Positions 1 through 11,135 of a stretch of DNA of 64,000 nt are shown here, in pieces (within the stretch, counting starts at the first letter, position 1; each line of letters begins with the position of its first letter). The position numbers and the translations under genes are program-made. Below the pieces are notes generated by a model that worked only from the letters and a program-made list of their open reading frames with translations, was not told the DNA's origin and did no database searches. Source of the DNA: an uncultured Chitinophaga sp. (GTDB lineage Bacteria; Bacteroidota; Bacteroidia; Chitinophagales; LD1); assembly GCA_964493695.1 (NCBI GenBank), contig CAZBPG010000001.1, forward strand, positions 71,645 to 135,644. Reading direction: 5' to 3'.

Positions 1-624
1 ATAGATTACGTGTTGCTTTCACATGCGCACCGCGACCATTGCGATAAAAGTTCGCTGCAGAAAATTTTTGCTCAGAACGGTTCTGCTGTCCTTCTTACTT
101 CGCTCAATACCGGTAAACTTGTTTCGGGTTGGGTAAGCGGGTTACATTTTCATGAGGCGGGATGGTATCAGCAGTACAATCTGCCGGAAGAGAATCTGCG
201 AATTACTTTTTTACCCACTCAACACTGGAGCAACCGGTATATGACAGACATCAATAAAACACTCTACGGAAGTTTTATGATTGAAGCCGATGGATTGAAT
301 ATCTTTTTTAATGGCGATTCGGGTTATTGTACTTACCCGAAACAAATTGCAGCGTTGTTTCCCAATATTGACATTGCTATGATTGGCGTTGGCGCGTATC
401 ATCCGCCATTGATGATGAAAGACGTTCACACGAATCCGCACGAGGCGGTTCAGATTTTTCACGATCTGAAAGCGAAGACTTTTATACCAATGCATTACGG
501 TACTTTTGATTTAGCTGATGAGCCGTTGGGAGAACCTTACAGAATTTTGAAGCAGCTGGAGGCGGAGAAAAAAATAAATGGAGAATTGAAAATGATGGAT
601 GTAGGCGAAAGGATGGCTATTTAA
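1..624 (+). CDS. MBL-fold metallo-hydrolase (beta-lactamase / NAPE-PLD-like), 5' end cut by window edge
   Basis: Frame is open to position 1. It carries the zinc motif HAHRDHCD and later His/Asp residues (QHWSNR, GDSGY, PMHYGTF) typical of the metallo-beta-lactamase fold. Confidence 0.75.
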   Translation: MDYVLLSHAHRDHCDKSSLQKIFAQNGSAVLLTSLNTGKLVSGWVSGLHFHEAGWYQQYNLPEENLRITFLPTQHWSNRYMTDINKTLYGSFMIEADGLNIFFNGDSGYCTYPKQIAALFPNIDIAMIGVGAYHPPLMMKDVHTNPHEAVQIFHDLKAKTFIPMHYGTFDLADEPLGEPYRILKQLEAEKKINGELKMMDVGERMAI

Positions 625-1906
625 CCAACTCTCCCTGCAATCTCATTAACTCCGTCTCTGCAACTTTTGCTGCGTAACGGACATTCACTAAACGTGTTTG
701 AGCATTTACAAAGCTTATCTGCGCTTCGCGAAGTTCGATAGCGGTGGATTGTGCCAGACGAAAACGTTCCAAAGCAATTTTCTGGTTCTCATCTGCCAGG
801 GCAATGTTCTCGATTTCCAAATTCAATTGCTCTTTAGCCATCACGAAATCACGCAACGCTTTGTAGTTGCTCAACTTTATCTGGAAACGAATTTTTTCTG
901 CATTGAATTGCGAAGAAAGAATCTGTATAGAAGCAACTTTGTTTTGACGAATGGTGTTAAGTCCGTTGAAGAGTGGAATGTTTAAACTGAATCCGGCATT
1001 CAATCCATAGGTTTGATTAAACAGAGAAAAGCCCGCTGTGCTGTTGGAGCGGTTGTAGTTATAGCCAAGATTGCCGACCAGATTCGGCAGAAACTCTGAG
1101 AATGCTTCCTTCTTCTCGAATTTTGCAACCTCTACATTTTTCAAAGCAGTTTGCAACTGAAAGTTTTTATCTAAGTCAGTAGAAAGTTTTGGCTCGTTGA
1201 AAGGAATAGAATCAGAAACCGAAAAATCTGTTTCGATATTACGGGCCAGCAGATTATTCAAGTCTCCTTTGCGTTGTTCAATGTTTTTTTTCTGTGCGAG
1301 CAAATTGCTTTTCTGTTCGTTCAAATCAACTTTAGCCTGCAGCAAGTCAACTTTGCTTGAACTTCCTACCTGAAATTTCATGTCCGCAAGTTTTACCCGC
1401 TCTTCTGAAATTTTGATGGCTTCTTCAACGGCTTTTACCTGTTGTTGTGCACGAACAACATCATAGTATGCATTCATAACGTTCGCTACCACTGTCTGCA
1501 TTTCGTCTTTGAATTGTAATTCTCCGATTTCTTCCAGACGCTTCAATTTGCCTTTTGTGGCGAACATTTTTAAGCCATCGAACAAAGTCCAGTTGAGAGC
1601 AACGCCTGCATTGATGTTGTTCCCGGTTACATTGTTTCTGTTGATTTCGGTTCCGTTAGTGAATTTCTGGTTGAGATTATTTAGTGTGTAGTTATCGCCA
1701 ACCGTGGCATTTACTATTGGCAGCATACCGGCATTGCCCACTGAATTGTTTCTTGAAGCAATCTCCAATTCGTTTTTTGCAATCTGTATGTCGTAGTTAC
1801 TTTTGAGAGCAAGCTCAATAGCTTGCGCAATCGTAAAGGTCTCCTGACCGGAAGTAGTTCCAACAGCGAAAAGAGAAAGCCCTATTAGTATCAGTCTATT
1901 CAGCAT
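617..1906 (-). CDS. TolC-family outer membrane efflux protein
   Basis: 429 aa with a signal peptide and the duplicated coiled-coil/beta pattern of outer membrane factor proteins. It overlaps the stop of the upstream RND pump gene by 11 nt. Confidence 0.85.
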   Translation of the reverse strand: MLNRLILIGLSLFAVGTTSGQETFTIAQAIELALKSNYDIQIAKNELEIASRNNSVGNAGMLPIVNATVGDNYTLNNLNQKFTNGTEINRNNVTGNNINAGVALNWTLFDGLKMFATKGKLKRLEEIGELQFKDEMQTVVANVMNAYYDVVRAQQQVKAVEEAIKISEERVKLADMKFQVGSSSKVDLLQAKVDLNEQKSNLLAQKKNIEQRKGDLNNLLARNIETDFSVSDSIPFNEPKLSTDLDKNFQLQTALKNVEVAKFEKKEAFSEFLPNLVGNLGYNYNRSNSTAGFSLFNQTYGLNAGFSLNIPLFNGLNTIRQNKVASIQILSSQFNAEKIRFQIKLSNYKALRDFVMAKEQLNLEIENIALADENQKIALERFRLAQSTAIELREAQISFVNAQTRLVNVRYAAKVAETELMRLQGELVK

Positions 1907-4900
1907 GTTTCTTTGTTCTTGATAGATATGAATACATACTTGGAATTACATACAGCGTAAGTATCAGTGAAAACATAATTCCGCCAATTACTACTATGCC
2001 CAATGAAACGCGGCTGGATGCACCGGCACCGAGTGCCAATGCAATTGGCAAGGCACCTAAAGCTGTGGCAAGACTTGTCATTAAAATCGGGCGCAAGCGA
2101 AGTGCTGCCGCATCTATTACAGCTTCTAACTTTTCTTCACCCGCTTCCCTTTTCTTATTGGCGAATTCCACAATCAGAATTCCGTTTTTGGTTACCAGGC
2201 CTATCAACATGATGATTCCGATTTGAGAAAATATGTTGAGTGTTTGGTTGAACATCCACAAACTGAGCAATGCACCGGCAATGGCAAGAGGCACTGTAAA
2301 CATAATGATGAGCGGGTCGACAAAACTTTCAAACTGCGCGGCAAGGATCAAGAAAATAAGAATGAGTGCCAGAAAAAATGCAAAGCCGATGTTCGATGAG
2401 CTTTCTTTGAAATCGCGCGAAGCACCGGTGAGTGATGTGTTGAAGGTATCGTCCAACACCTTCTTCGAAATTTCTTCCATGGCGGCTACTCCATCGCCAA
2501 TCGTTTTGCCCGGAGCAAGACCGGCAGAAACCGTAGCGCTTTTGTACCGATCGAAGTGATACAGTTGCGGAGGGTTGCTTTGTTCAGTAATCGTAACCAG
2601 ATTATCTAATTGAATAAGTGCTCCCTTGTTGTTGCGCACAAAAAATGTTTTCAGGTCGAGCGGTTCATCTCTGTTGTCGCGGTCAACCTGACCAATCACC
2701 TGATATTGCTTTCCATTCATGATGAAATATCCCAGCCGTCTTCCGCTCAATGCGAGTTGAAGCGTGGTAGAAATATCCAGCACACTTACACCAAGGTCGT
2801 TCGCTTTCAACCGGTCAATTTCAATTTGCAATTCGGGTTTGTTGAATTTCAGGTTTACATCTACTCCCTGAAAAGTTGGATTTTTATTCGCCTCTTCTAA
2901 GAACTTAGGAAGTACTTCGCGAATTTTTTCAAAATTCAGATTCTGAATGACAAACTGAACCGGTAAGCCAAAGCGCGCACCCCCACCGGTAGAAATAGTC
3001 TGATCCTGAATAGGGAAAACCTTGCCTTCATTAAATCGAGCTGCGTTCTTCGCCACATATTGCGCTACATCATTTTGCGAGCGTTTGCGTTCGTCAGGTT
3101 CGCTTAGGCGTAAACGAACAAACCCAGTGTTCACGGCACCGCTTCCGGCAAAACCCGGAGCTGTTACACTCAATACAATTTTAGCCTCCGGTACAGAATC
3201 CATAGCAAACGCAACAAGCTTGTTCATGTACCGAGTCATGTAATCATACGAAGTGCCCTCGGGTGTGCTTACACTTAAACGAAAGGCACCACGGTCTTCC
3301 ATTGGTGCCAATTCACTTTGCAGATTCTTTCCAATAAAAAAGATAAACGCTCCGCAGGCAATCAAAATAGGGAACGCCAGCCATCTGCGTTTCATAAACG
3401 TTTGCAGCGATTCGCGATAGCCGTTATCAAGCGCTTCGTAAAACGGTTCTGTTTTTTCATAGAACCAGGTGCGCTTGTTTTCCTTGCGCGTCAACAAAAC
3501 ATTCAGCACCGGTGTAAGCGTAAGCGAAACAAAGGCAGAAATTAAAACCGCTCCTGCAACTACAATTCCAAACTCGCGGAATAAACTTCCTACAAAGCCT
3601 TGTAAGAAAATGATGGGAAGAAAAACTACGGCAAGTGTGATACTCGTTGCAATTACCGCAAAGAAAATTTCTTCACTTCCTTCTTTTGCTGCACGGTGTT
3701 TATCTAATCCGGCTTCCAGCTTTTTGAAAATATTTTCAGTCACCACAATGCCGTCATCCACCACTAAGCCTGTTGCCAGAACTATTGCCAGGAGCGTTAA
3801 TACATTTATTGTAAAGCCCGCCATGTACATAATGAAGAATGCACCAATGAGTGAAACCGGAATATCAATGAGCGGACGAATCGCAATCAACCAATCGCGG
3901 AAGAAAAGAAAGATGATTATGACCACCAGTGCAAAAGCGATAGCGAGTGTTTCGGCTACTTCCTTGATAGACCGTTTTACAAAAACTGTTTGGTCAAGTG
4001 CGATGTCGAGCTTGATATCATCGGGTACTTCTTTTTTAATCTGCTCGTAGCGTTTGTAGAATTCATCTGCAATTTCCACATAGTTGCTACCGGGTTGGGG
4101 CGTGATGGCGAGTGCTACCATTGGCACCCCGCTTTCTTTCAAAATAGTTTCTTCGTTTTCCGGACCCAATACTACATCCGCTACATCGCGCAAGCGGATA
4201 ATCTGATTCTCTCCGCTTTTAATTATCAGGTTTTCAAAATCAGTTTCCGTGGTTAAGCGACCGAAGGTCTTTACGGTTAACTCGGTGTTGTTGCCATACA
4301 CTTTACCGGCAGGCAGTTCGACATTTTCTCTTGTCAGTGCATTTTGAACATCGGTAAAAGTGAGTGAGTACGCTGAAAGTTTCAGCGGGTCAACCCACAG
4401 TCGCATGGCGTACTTTTTTTCGCCCCAAATCTGAACGGTACTTACACCGGGAATGGTTTGCAGTTTTTCCAGCAACACATTCGAAGCATAATCTGAAACC
4501 TGCAACTGATTACGCGTGTTGCTTTGCACCGTCATGGAAATGATGGCATCGCTGTTGGCATCGGCTTTTGTAACCACCGGTGGAGCATCAATATCCTGTG
4601 GCAGTAAACGAAGCCCCTGCGAAACTTTATCGCGTACATCGTTTGCAGCAGCTTCCAGGTTTGCGCCAAGGTTGAACTCAACAGTAATAATAGATGAGCC
4701 CTGATTGCTGGCAGATGAAATGGTACGGATGCCTTCAACCCCGTTAATGGCTTTTTCGAGCGGCTCGGTAATTTGCGATTCTATCACATCGGCATTGGCA
4801 CCGGTGTAGTTAGTGCGAACGGTAATTACCGGTGGGTCAATACTCGGATATTCACGTACCCCTAAAAATTTATAGCCGATAACGCCAAAAAGCACAATGA

Positions 4901-4958
4901 CTATGCTCATGACAATGGCAAGGACGGGACGCTTTAAACTTAGAGAAGGTAAACTCAT
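1896..4958 (-). CDS. RND efflux transporter permease (AcrB/HAE1-like)
   Basis: 1020 aa with a 12-TM RND layout and two large periplasmic loops. The N-terminus (KRPVLAIVMSIVIVLFG) is typical of this family. Confidence 0.95.
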   Translation of the reverse strand: MSLPSLSLKRPVLAIVMSIVIVLFGVIGYKFLGVREYPSIDPPVITVRTNYTGANADVIESQITEPLEKAINGVEGIRTISSASNQGSSIITVEFNLGANLEAAANDVRDKVSQGLRLLPQDIDAPPVVTKADANSDAIISMTVQSNTRNQLQVSDYASNVLLEKLQTIPGVSTVQIWGEKKYAMRLWVDPLKLSAYSLTFTDVQNALTRENVELPAGKVYGNNTELTVKTFGRLTTETDFENLIIKSGENQIIRLRDVADVVLGPENEETILKESGVPMVALAITPQPGSNYVEIADEFYKRYEQIKKEVPDDIKLDIALDQTVFVKRSIKEVAETLAIAFALVVIIIFLFFRDWLIAIRPLIDIPVSLIGAFFIMYMAGFTINVLTLLAIVLATGLVVDDGIVVTENIFKKLEAGLDKHRAAKEGSEEIFFAVIATSITLAVVFLPIIFLQGFVGSLFREFGIVVAGAVLISAFVSLTLTPVLNVLLTRKENKRTWFYEKTEPFYEALDNGYRESLQTFMKRRWLAFPILIACGAFIFFIGKNLQSELAPMEDRGAFRLSVSTPEGTSYDYMTRYMNKLVAFAMDSVPEAKIVLSVTAPGFAGSGAVNTGFVRLRLSEPDERKRSQNDVAQYVAKNAARFNEGKVFPIQDQTISTGGGARFGLPVQFVIQNLNFEKIREVLPKFLEEANKNPTFQGVDVNLKFNKPELQIEIDRLKANDLGVSVLDISTTLQLALSGRRLGYFIMNGKQYQVIGQVDRDNRDEPLDLKTFFVRNNKGALIQLDNLVTITEQSNPPQLYHFDRYKSATVSAGLAPGKTIGDGVAAMEEISKKVLDDTFNTSLTGASRDFKESSSNIGFAFFLALILIFLILAAQFESFVDPLIIMFTVPLAIAGALLSLWMFNQTLNIFSQIGIIMLIGLVTKNGILIVEFANKKREAGEEKLEAVIDAAALRLRPILMTSLATALGALPIALALGAGASSRVSLGIVVIGGIMFSLILTLYVIPSMYSYLSRTKKHAE

Positions 4959-4961
4959 TTT

Positions 4962-6026
4962 TTATTCAATCACTTTTACAACTTTCACTCCTGCATCGGG
5001 TTTTACATACATCAGTGCAGTTGCCACAATAGTATCGCCAGCTTCTATTCCGCTTGTTATCTGTATATAACTCTCATTCCGCACACCTGTTTCTACAATC
5101 ACAAATTTTGCCTTGCCTTCTTTTACCACAATAAGTTTTTTGTTCCGTGCTTCCGGTATTATGCATTGAGTGGGAACCATCATTGCACCTTCCACGCTTT
5201 TTAAACCCAAATCAATTTTGGCGAATGCACCGGGTAATAATTTTGTTTTTGAGTTGCTAACCAAGGCACGCACTTTTATACTGCGAGTGGCTTCATCAAT
5301 TTTGGGTTCAATAGCAAAAACTTTTCCGGTGAAGGTTTCTGAAGAACCGTCTACTTTGAATTTTACAACATCGCCTTTACTCAGGGATGACGAATATTTT
5401 TCGGGCACTGTAAAGTCAATCTTAAGCGGGTCTATCTGCTGGAGCGCAGCAATAGAAGTGGTGGGAGACACATATGCACCAATGCTCACATTCTTTAAGC
5501 CGACTACCCCGTTAAACGGTGCGCGTACTTCTGTTTTAGAAATCTGCGCCTGTGTTAACTCCATGTCTGCCTTTATGTTGTTGAATTGTGTAACCGCATT
5601 GTCGTATTCCTGCTGTCCGATTCCGTTGATGGCGAGCAATTGTTTTAAACGGGCTTCGGTTCTTTCTGCGGTTTCTTTTTGCAGTGAAAGTTTTTTCAGT
5701 TGCGCCTGCAAATCGGCATCGAACAATTTCACCAACAAAGTTCCTTTAGCAACAGCCGCGCCTTCATTCAGGTTCAGTTCTGTAATCTTTCCCGATGCTT
5801 CCGGATGAAGTTCCACTTCCTCATTTGCCAGCAAAGTTCCCGATGCTACAATTCCGTTTTCTAAATTCTGAGGCCGCACCACAAAACCGCTTACCGAAAT
5901 TTCTTTGGGAGGTCCGCCTTTCGATGCGGGAGAGGCCCTCTCTTTTGGATGAAGAATTTTATTGTAAACAATAACGCCCGCCACTAAAACCACAATTGCT
6001 ACAATAAACCAGGTGAATTTTGACAT
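4962..6026 (-). CDS. RND efflux periplasmic adaptor (membrane fusion protein, HlyD-like)
   Basis: N-terminal TM anchor, coiled-coil hairpin and beta-barrel region. It ends 4 nt upstream of the RND pump gene. ATG at 6026 is preferred over the TTG at 6047 used by the ORF track. Confidence 0.9.
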   Translation of the reverse strand: MSKFTWFIVAIVVLVAGVIVYNKILHPKERASPASKGGPPKEISVSGFVVRPQNLENGIVASGTLLANEEVELHPEASGKITELNLNEGAAVAKGTLLVKLFDADLQAQLKKLSLQKETAERTEARLKQLLAINGIGQQEYDNAVTQFNNIKADMELTQAQISKTEVRAPFNGVVGLKNVSIGAYVSPTTSIAALQQIDPLKIDFTVPEKYSSSLSKGDVVKFKVDGSSETFTGKVFAIEPKIDEATRSIKVRALVSNSKTKLLPGAFAKIDLGLKSVEGAMMVPTQCIIPEARNKKLIVVKEGKAKFVIVETGVRNESYIQITSGIEAGDTIVATALMYVKPDAGVKVVKVIE

Positions 6027-6109
6027 CGGGAAAATTTTGAGACCCAAAAGTAAAATTTGAAGTTACGCGAATAGTTGTTGCTACAAATATTTTTGGTAAA
6101 AGATGCTAA

Positions 6110-7606
6110 TTACCTCTGAAAGGGCACTTTAAAACTGCTCACCTGCTGATTGGCTTCATCTACAATACTTAACTCTACATACTCATTATTAACGATTCGA
6201 ACCTTACCAAAAGCGTTTTTAGATTTTTGTCCTTTCAGCCCATTACCCCCTTGGTTCCAAATCTTCTTCATTTTAAAGGTGGCTGTCAAGTTGCCTATCA
6301 GTTTTAAATAATGTGCAAGTTCTGTGGTCTCTACACTCAGTCCGCTGGCGTTCATTTCCGGAAGACCTGCATTCGTGCCGTCATCCATTACATTATGGTG
6401 CGTATCGCCACTAATCACAATCAGGTTTTTCAGATTGTTCTTCTTTACAAAGTCCATAAAATCGTTCCGTTCTTCGGGATATCCTGCCCAGTATGAACTA
6501 AATCCTGAAGCAATATGAAAGCCAAACCAATTTTTGTAGTGCCAGTTTTGAATTTTTACTCCCGCCCGAATCAGTTTTTCGCAAGCGCCATTTAATGGTA
6601 CACCGCTCACAATAAATTTCCAATCCGCTTTTGATTCGAGTAAACTTTTCTTGAGCCAGTCCATTTGCTTTTCACCAAACAAGGCATATCCGGGAGGAGG
6701 TGCAAAAGCCCACCGGTTTTTGAGCGAATCGTATTTGAACGCATCCATGTTTGGTAATTCTTTTGCGCTGTTGCGGTCGATTACAAAAAATTCAGCATTC
6801 CCTAATTTGAACGAATGAAAAATGCCTTCGCTGGTATCCGGTAATTCGTAATGCGGAAAAAACTCATCGTAGCCTTTAATTACGTTTCTTCTCCACGAAT
6901 CAGGAAACGGGAAAGCATACATTTCATTGCAAGCCTTTCCGCTGCGGATAAACGATTTCATGTCGTTCTTGCAATAACGTCCACCGTTTCCTCCCACATA
7001 ATCGTTGTCATCATACACATAATCTATAGGAACATTGTAAAGCATCTGCTTCATTACCTTCTCATCGTATCGCTTCCGGTAACTGAGCGCAACGGTATCG
7101 TAGTTGTTGGAGTAATCGGATTTAATCTGATAATCGGGATAAGTGTAATCACCGGTGTGCATCATGAAGTAGGGCTCGTGCTTCGGTATAACATCAAACA
7201 CTTTCATGTTTTTTGTTTCCTGGCAACTACCGGTTACAAAAACAAATTCGCCCTTGGTACCTTCGGCAGGGAATGTTCTGAAACTTCCTTTGATGGTATC
7301 TTCCCAACCTTCAAATAGAATGCGATAAAAATATCTCGTGTCGGCCCTAAGCGAAGTGAGCGAAAGCATCACCGTTTTATCGCGCAGGCTGTCGGTAACA
7401 CCACCGACTGAAAATGATTTTTCCAAATCCTGTTTCTCGCTTAGCTCCATCAGCACTTTGCCGCATTGTTTGGTGCGGATGTAAACTTTAGCCGAAGAAG
7501 AAGTAAGCGCACCAATAACAGGGCCGTGAGTAATGTATTGCGCGTGAAGAAGTGAAAAAGCAAAAGTGGAAAGCAAAAAGTAAACAGCCGAAAACAGGCG
7601 CATCAA
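6110..7606 (-). CDS. PhoD-like metallophosphoesterase / alkaline phosphatase D family, secreted
   Basis: 498 aa with a signal peptide. An N-terminal PhoD-type beta domain is followed by calcineurin-like motifs (HTGDYTY, DDNDY, SGDTHHN). Confidence 0.7.
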   Translation of the reverse strand: MMRLFSAVYFLLSTFAFSLLHAQYITHGPVIGALTSSSAKVYIRTKQCGKVLMELSEKQDLEKSFSVGGVTDSLRDKTVMLSLTSLRADTRYFYRILFEGWEDTIKGSFRTFPAEGTKGEFVFVTGSCQETKNMKVFDVIPKHEPYFMMHTGDYTYPDYQIKSDYSNNYDTVALSYRKRYDEKVMKQMLYNVPIDYVYDDNDYVGGNGGRYCKNDMKSFIRSGKACNEMYAFPFPDSWRRNVIKGYDEFFPHYELPDTSEGIFHSFKLGNAEFFVIDRNSAKELPNMDAFKYDSLKNRWAFAPPPGYALFGEKQMDWLKKSLLESKADWKFIVSGVPLNGACEKLIRAGVKIQNWHYKNWFGFHIASGFSSYWAGYPEERNDFMDFVKKNNLKNLIVISGDTHHNVMDDGTNAGLPEMNASGLSVETTELAHYLKLIGNLTATFKMKKIWNQGGNGLKGQKSKNAFGKVRIVNNEYVELSIVDEANQQVSSFKVPFQR

Positions 7607-7635
7607 ATTTTTAGCTTTTTAGTTTTTCCCTTTCA

Positions 7636-10008
7636 TTAAAAACTATATCGGAATTGCATAGTAAAATTCCGTAACGGCTCCGGCTTGCCCGGTCGCAAAG
7701 AATACAACCGGTTGGTTACATTTTTTATAATGAAGCCGAGCGAAATATGGTCGTTCACTTTTACACCGGCACGCATGTCTAAAACAAAATCACCCTTACT
7801 ATGCTTGGCCATATACTTATCCAGCGCATTGATGTCGTGGAAAATCAAATTGGCGGCTGCTTTAAAGAAACCGGGAATCACTTCAGGAATACTTCCGTAA
7901 CTGAAAGTGGCCCCTAAGTAACATTTCCAGTAAGTCAACTCTATGTCTGCACGAACCAGGTGCCGGATACGGTAATAAAGAAGTTTTGAAGTATCCTCCG
8001 GTCCGACTTTTTTGACATTGTATTTAAACAGGTCTTTGATATACTCTCTGGTAGTGTAATGTGCAGCACCGGTATCGCTGTCTTTTTTAGTGGGGAAGTT
8101 ATACGAGTAACCACCGTTAATCTGAATTCCTACCGGACCGATTTTCCCAACGGTCATCAGCCCCACCTCATAACCGGCTACCCGCGCATTTTCTATATTG
8201 AGTGGTTTTGCGCCTAACACTTTATCAATTCCGAACACAATAGGCGCTTCAAGGGTATCATGAAAAATAGGTCTGCCATCCGTGTATTTATTGTCCCATA
8301 TCCCCAATTGATATTCGATAAAATTTTTGTACTCCTGCCAGAAAAACGAGACATCTACAAATGCTTTCCAGTCTTTAATCTGAAAGCCCTGCTTTAATCC
8401 CACTTCAAAACTCCAGCTTGTTTCGTCTTTCAGGGTATCGTTCGGCACAATCATAATCCCGCTTACAAATTCGGCTGCAATATATTTTTCAGCAATAGTC
8501 GGTATCCGGTAGCCCTGCCCCCATGATGCGCGAATAAAAGTTGCTTTAGCCGCCTGAATATTTAAGCCCGAACGAAACACCGGTCTGGAAGTAACTACTA
8601 TGGAGTCAACCCCCGCAACTTCATAACGTACACCGGCCTGCAGCGACAGAATTTTATAGTTGAATTCTGCCTGCGTATAAAAAGCAGTGTTGAAATTTAA
8701 GTGCTTGCCCGGGTATAAATTACTTTCAGAAACGCCCACGCTGAAAGGAAATCCGGCAGTGATAACCAGCAAATCTTTTCTAAAGCGAAACTGATATTGA
8801 TTATCCATGTTTACAAAATGGCTAACCGCATTTATATCCGTGCCACCACCCTTGCGCCAGATGTTCATGTAACGGAAATTCAGTTTATAGTTGTGACCTT
8901 TGGCATTGCTGTAAACCAAATGCGGATCAATCATTGTTTTTACATGGTGGTCGGTTGAAAACGAGGCGGGCACTAACGAAAGTGTATCCAAGTCTTTTGA
9001 AATAAAGAACAGTTCGTTTCGCTCAAAAAATACCTGCCCGTTCAATCCCAAACTTAGGCCTTCAATTTTAGGGTGGATGTACCGGGTCTTTAAAAAGAAC
9101 CGGCTGCGGAAACCGCTGTTACCCTGCAAATAACTCTTATCATAAAAAACGTTCCCACCGGTAACTAACTGAAGGTTATTTATTCTGCGCTGATGAACGG
9201 CATTGATGGAACCGAAGAACCTTGTGTTCGAACCCCACCATTGCATGCGCCTGTCAAGCGGCCGGTCATACATTCCGAAGTTGGCATCAATATCTGTTTT
9301 GGGTTCGCTCTCCTTTGGCCACTCAGTGATTACGTTTATCACACCATTCAACGCGCTGGAGCCATACACTACAGAAGAAGCTCCCTTAATAACCTCTACC
9401 TGTTTTACATTTTCGAGCGGAGCAGTTTTCCCCTGTATTTCGCCACGGTCGGCACTGGCTAACGAGAGCCCATCGCTTAGCACTGCGGTCCGTGAGCCTA
9501 CACCGTACGAAAATGAACTTCCTCCGCGAATAGAAATTTGTCCGTCCTGTACCAAAACACCGGATGTCTTATTCACCACTTCCCCCAAATCGTTGCTGTT
9601 GGTGTGCTTAATAAAATCTTTGCTGATTACCTCAGTTGAAACCGTTTCTTTGGCCGAATTCTTTTTGTACTGGCTTACTGTAACCACCTGCGCAATCTGA
9701 AAAGCAGAAGGTTTCATCAGAATTTCGATAGTAATTTTTTCTCCCTCTTTCAGTGTTACCTGACGTTTGTCGTTTTTGTAACCGATAAAGGAAATCGTCA
9801 AATCATGTTCACCCGGTGGAATGTTCAGTTTAAATTTTCCGCTGGCATCGCTGAATGCACCTTTCGATTTATCAAACTTTACAGTAGCGCCACTTAGCGG
9901 GTCCCTGCTATCGGCATCGAGAATGGTTCCGGAGATAACTGCATTCTGCGAGTAACCGGTGATAAAAAAAAATAAAATAAAGGCAAGAGCAGGTAAAGCT
10001 TTCTTCAT
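7636..10008 (-). CDS. TonB-dependent receptor with N-terminal carboxypeptidase-regulatory-like domain
   Basis: 790 aa with a signal peptide. It has a CarboxypepD_reg-like start (ISGTILDADSRDPLSGATV), a plug region, a long beta-barrel and a C-terminal aromatic residue (RYSF). Confidence 0.9.
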   Translation of the reverse strand: MKKALPALAFILFFFITGYSQNAVISGTILDADSRDPLSGATVKFDKSKGAFSDASGKFKLNIPPGEHDLTISFIGYKNDKRQVTLKEGEKITIEILMKPSAFQIAQVVTVSQYKKNSAKETVSTEVISKDFIKHTNSNDLGEVVNKTSGVLVQDGQISIRGGSSFSYGVGSRTAVLSDGLSLASADRGEIQGKTAPLENVKQVEVIKGASSVVYGSSALNGVINVITEWPKESEPKTDIDANFGMYDRPLDRRMQWWGSNTRFFGSINAVHQRRINNLQLVTGGNVFYDKSYLQGNSGFRSRFFLKTRYIHPKIEGLSLGLNGQVFFERNELFFISKDLDTLSLVPASFSTDHHVKTMIDPHLVYSNAKGHNYKLNFRYMNIWRKGGGTDINAVSHFVNMDNQYQFRFRKDLLVITAGFPFSVGVSESNLYPGKHLNFNTAFYTQAEFNYKILSLQAGVRYEVAGVDSIVVTSRPVFRSGLNIQAAKATFIRASWGQGYRIPTIAEKYIAAEFVSGIMIVPNDTLKDETSWSFEVGLKQGFQIKDWKAFVDVSFFWQEYKNFIEYQLGIWDNKYTDGRPIFHDTLEAPIVFGIDKVLGAKPLNIENARVAGYEVGLMTVGKIGPVGIQINGGYSYNFPTKKDSDTGAAHYTTREYIKDLFKYNVKKVGPEDTSKLLYYRIRHLVRADIELTYWKCYLGATFSYGSIPEVIPGFFKAAANLIFHDINALDKYMAKHSKGDFVLDMRAGVKVNDHISLGFIIKNVTNRLYSLRPGKPEPLRNFTMQFRYSF

Positions 10009-10084
10009 ATTTGTTTTTGACGGTTGGAAGATATTAGGATTTAGTGAATAGCAAATTTTTCAAAAAAAGGTATTCCGGTAAGCT

Positions 10085-11104
10085 TTAGAACGCCAATTCG
10101 CTGAGCAGCACATTCCGCTTGCGAACTGTTTTGCCTTTTTTGTTTTTAAGTTCAAGAAGCAGGCTCCGGTTGTTCCAGTCGAAATTAATGATGCCGTAGT
10201 TGAGGTGACAAAATGCGGTGCCCATTCGGTACTTGTTTTTGTTCGCGAACCAAACCGAGTGAGTCATGCCGCTGGTAGTAAAATCGTAAATGGGATACAA
10301 GCCCGATGCATTGCGTTTTGAAAATTCACCATGATGAATATCGCCACTCACGAAGAAAACCCCGTTGGCTTTTGTCTGGCGAATCAGTTGCAGCATCTTT
10401 TCAGTTTCATGGGGAAAGTTCATCCATGCTTCCCAACCGTTGTAATCAACCAGAAACATAGTACTGCTGCCAATAATGCGCACATCAGCCGGTTTTTGCA
10501 ATTCGCCTTCCAGCCATTTCCACTGTGCTTCGCCCAACATGGTTCTGGTAGTATCCGCGCATTTTTGGTACTCGCCCCAAATCTGCGGATGTTTTTTAAA
10601 GCAGAGCGAATCGCGGAAAGTGCGGCAGTCCAGCATAATAATCTGAACTCGCTTTCCTTCTTCGCCATACATATACGAAGCATAAATGCCTTCGCGGTTT
10701 CTGCGCTCGCTGTTTTGTGGCTCTTTGAAAAAGTCGAGAAATATTTTTTTCGATTCTTCTTTCTTCGGATACTCCTTACCTCCGTCATTCACACCAAAGT
10801 CGTGGTCGTCCCAGGTGGCGATTACAGGGGTTTTCTCCAGCAGTTTCTGATAACCGGGTTTAGTTGCTAACCGGTTATACTTTTCCTGCAACACAGTCAT
10901 ATCTTCGGTATCTCCGTAAACATTATCGCCCAGAAAGAGAAACAACTGGGGTTGCTCGGACACTACTTTATCCCAGATTTCCTGCGGCTCGTCCTGAGAA
11001 ATGCAGGAGCCCAAGGCAATTTTTGTAAGCGTTTGATTGCTTACCGTTTGAGCTGAAGAAACTATTGCCGCTACACAACAGAACAGAAATAAAAATTGTT
11101 TCAT
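10085..11104 (-). CDS. Alkaline phosphatase D (PhoD) family phosphoesterase, secreted
   Basis: 339 aa with a signal peptide and the motifs FLGDNVYGD, WDDHDFGVNDGG, GDIHHGE. Confidence 0.8.
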   Translation of the reverse strand: MKQFLFLFCCVAAIVSSAQTVSNQTLTKIALGSCISQDEPQEIWDKVVSEQPQLFLFLGDNVYGDTEDMTVLQEKYNRLATKPGYQKLLEKTPVIATWDDHDFGVNDGGKEYPKKEESKKIFLDFFKEPQNSERRNREGIYASYMYGEEGKRVQIIMLDCRTFRDSLCFKKHPQIWGEYQKCADTTRTMLGEAQWKWLEGELQKPADVRIIGSSTMFLVDYNGWEAWMNFPHETEKMLQLIRQTKANGVFFVSGDIHHGEFSKRNASGLYPIYDFTTSGMTHSVWFANKNKYRMGTAFCHLNYGIINFDWNNRSLLLELKNKKGKTVRKRNVLLSELAF

Positions 11105-11135
11105 GATGAACTATATGGATGAATGAATGTAAATT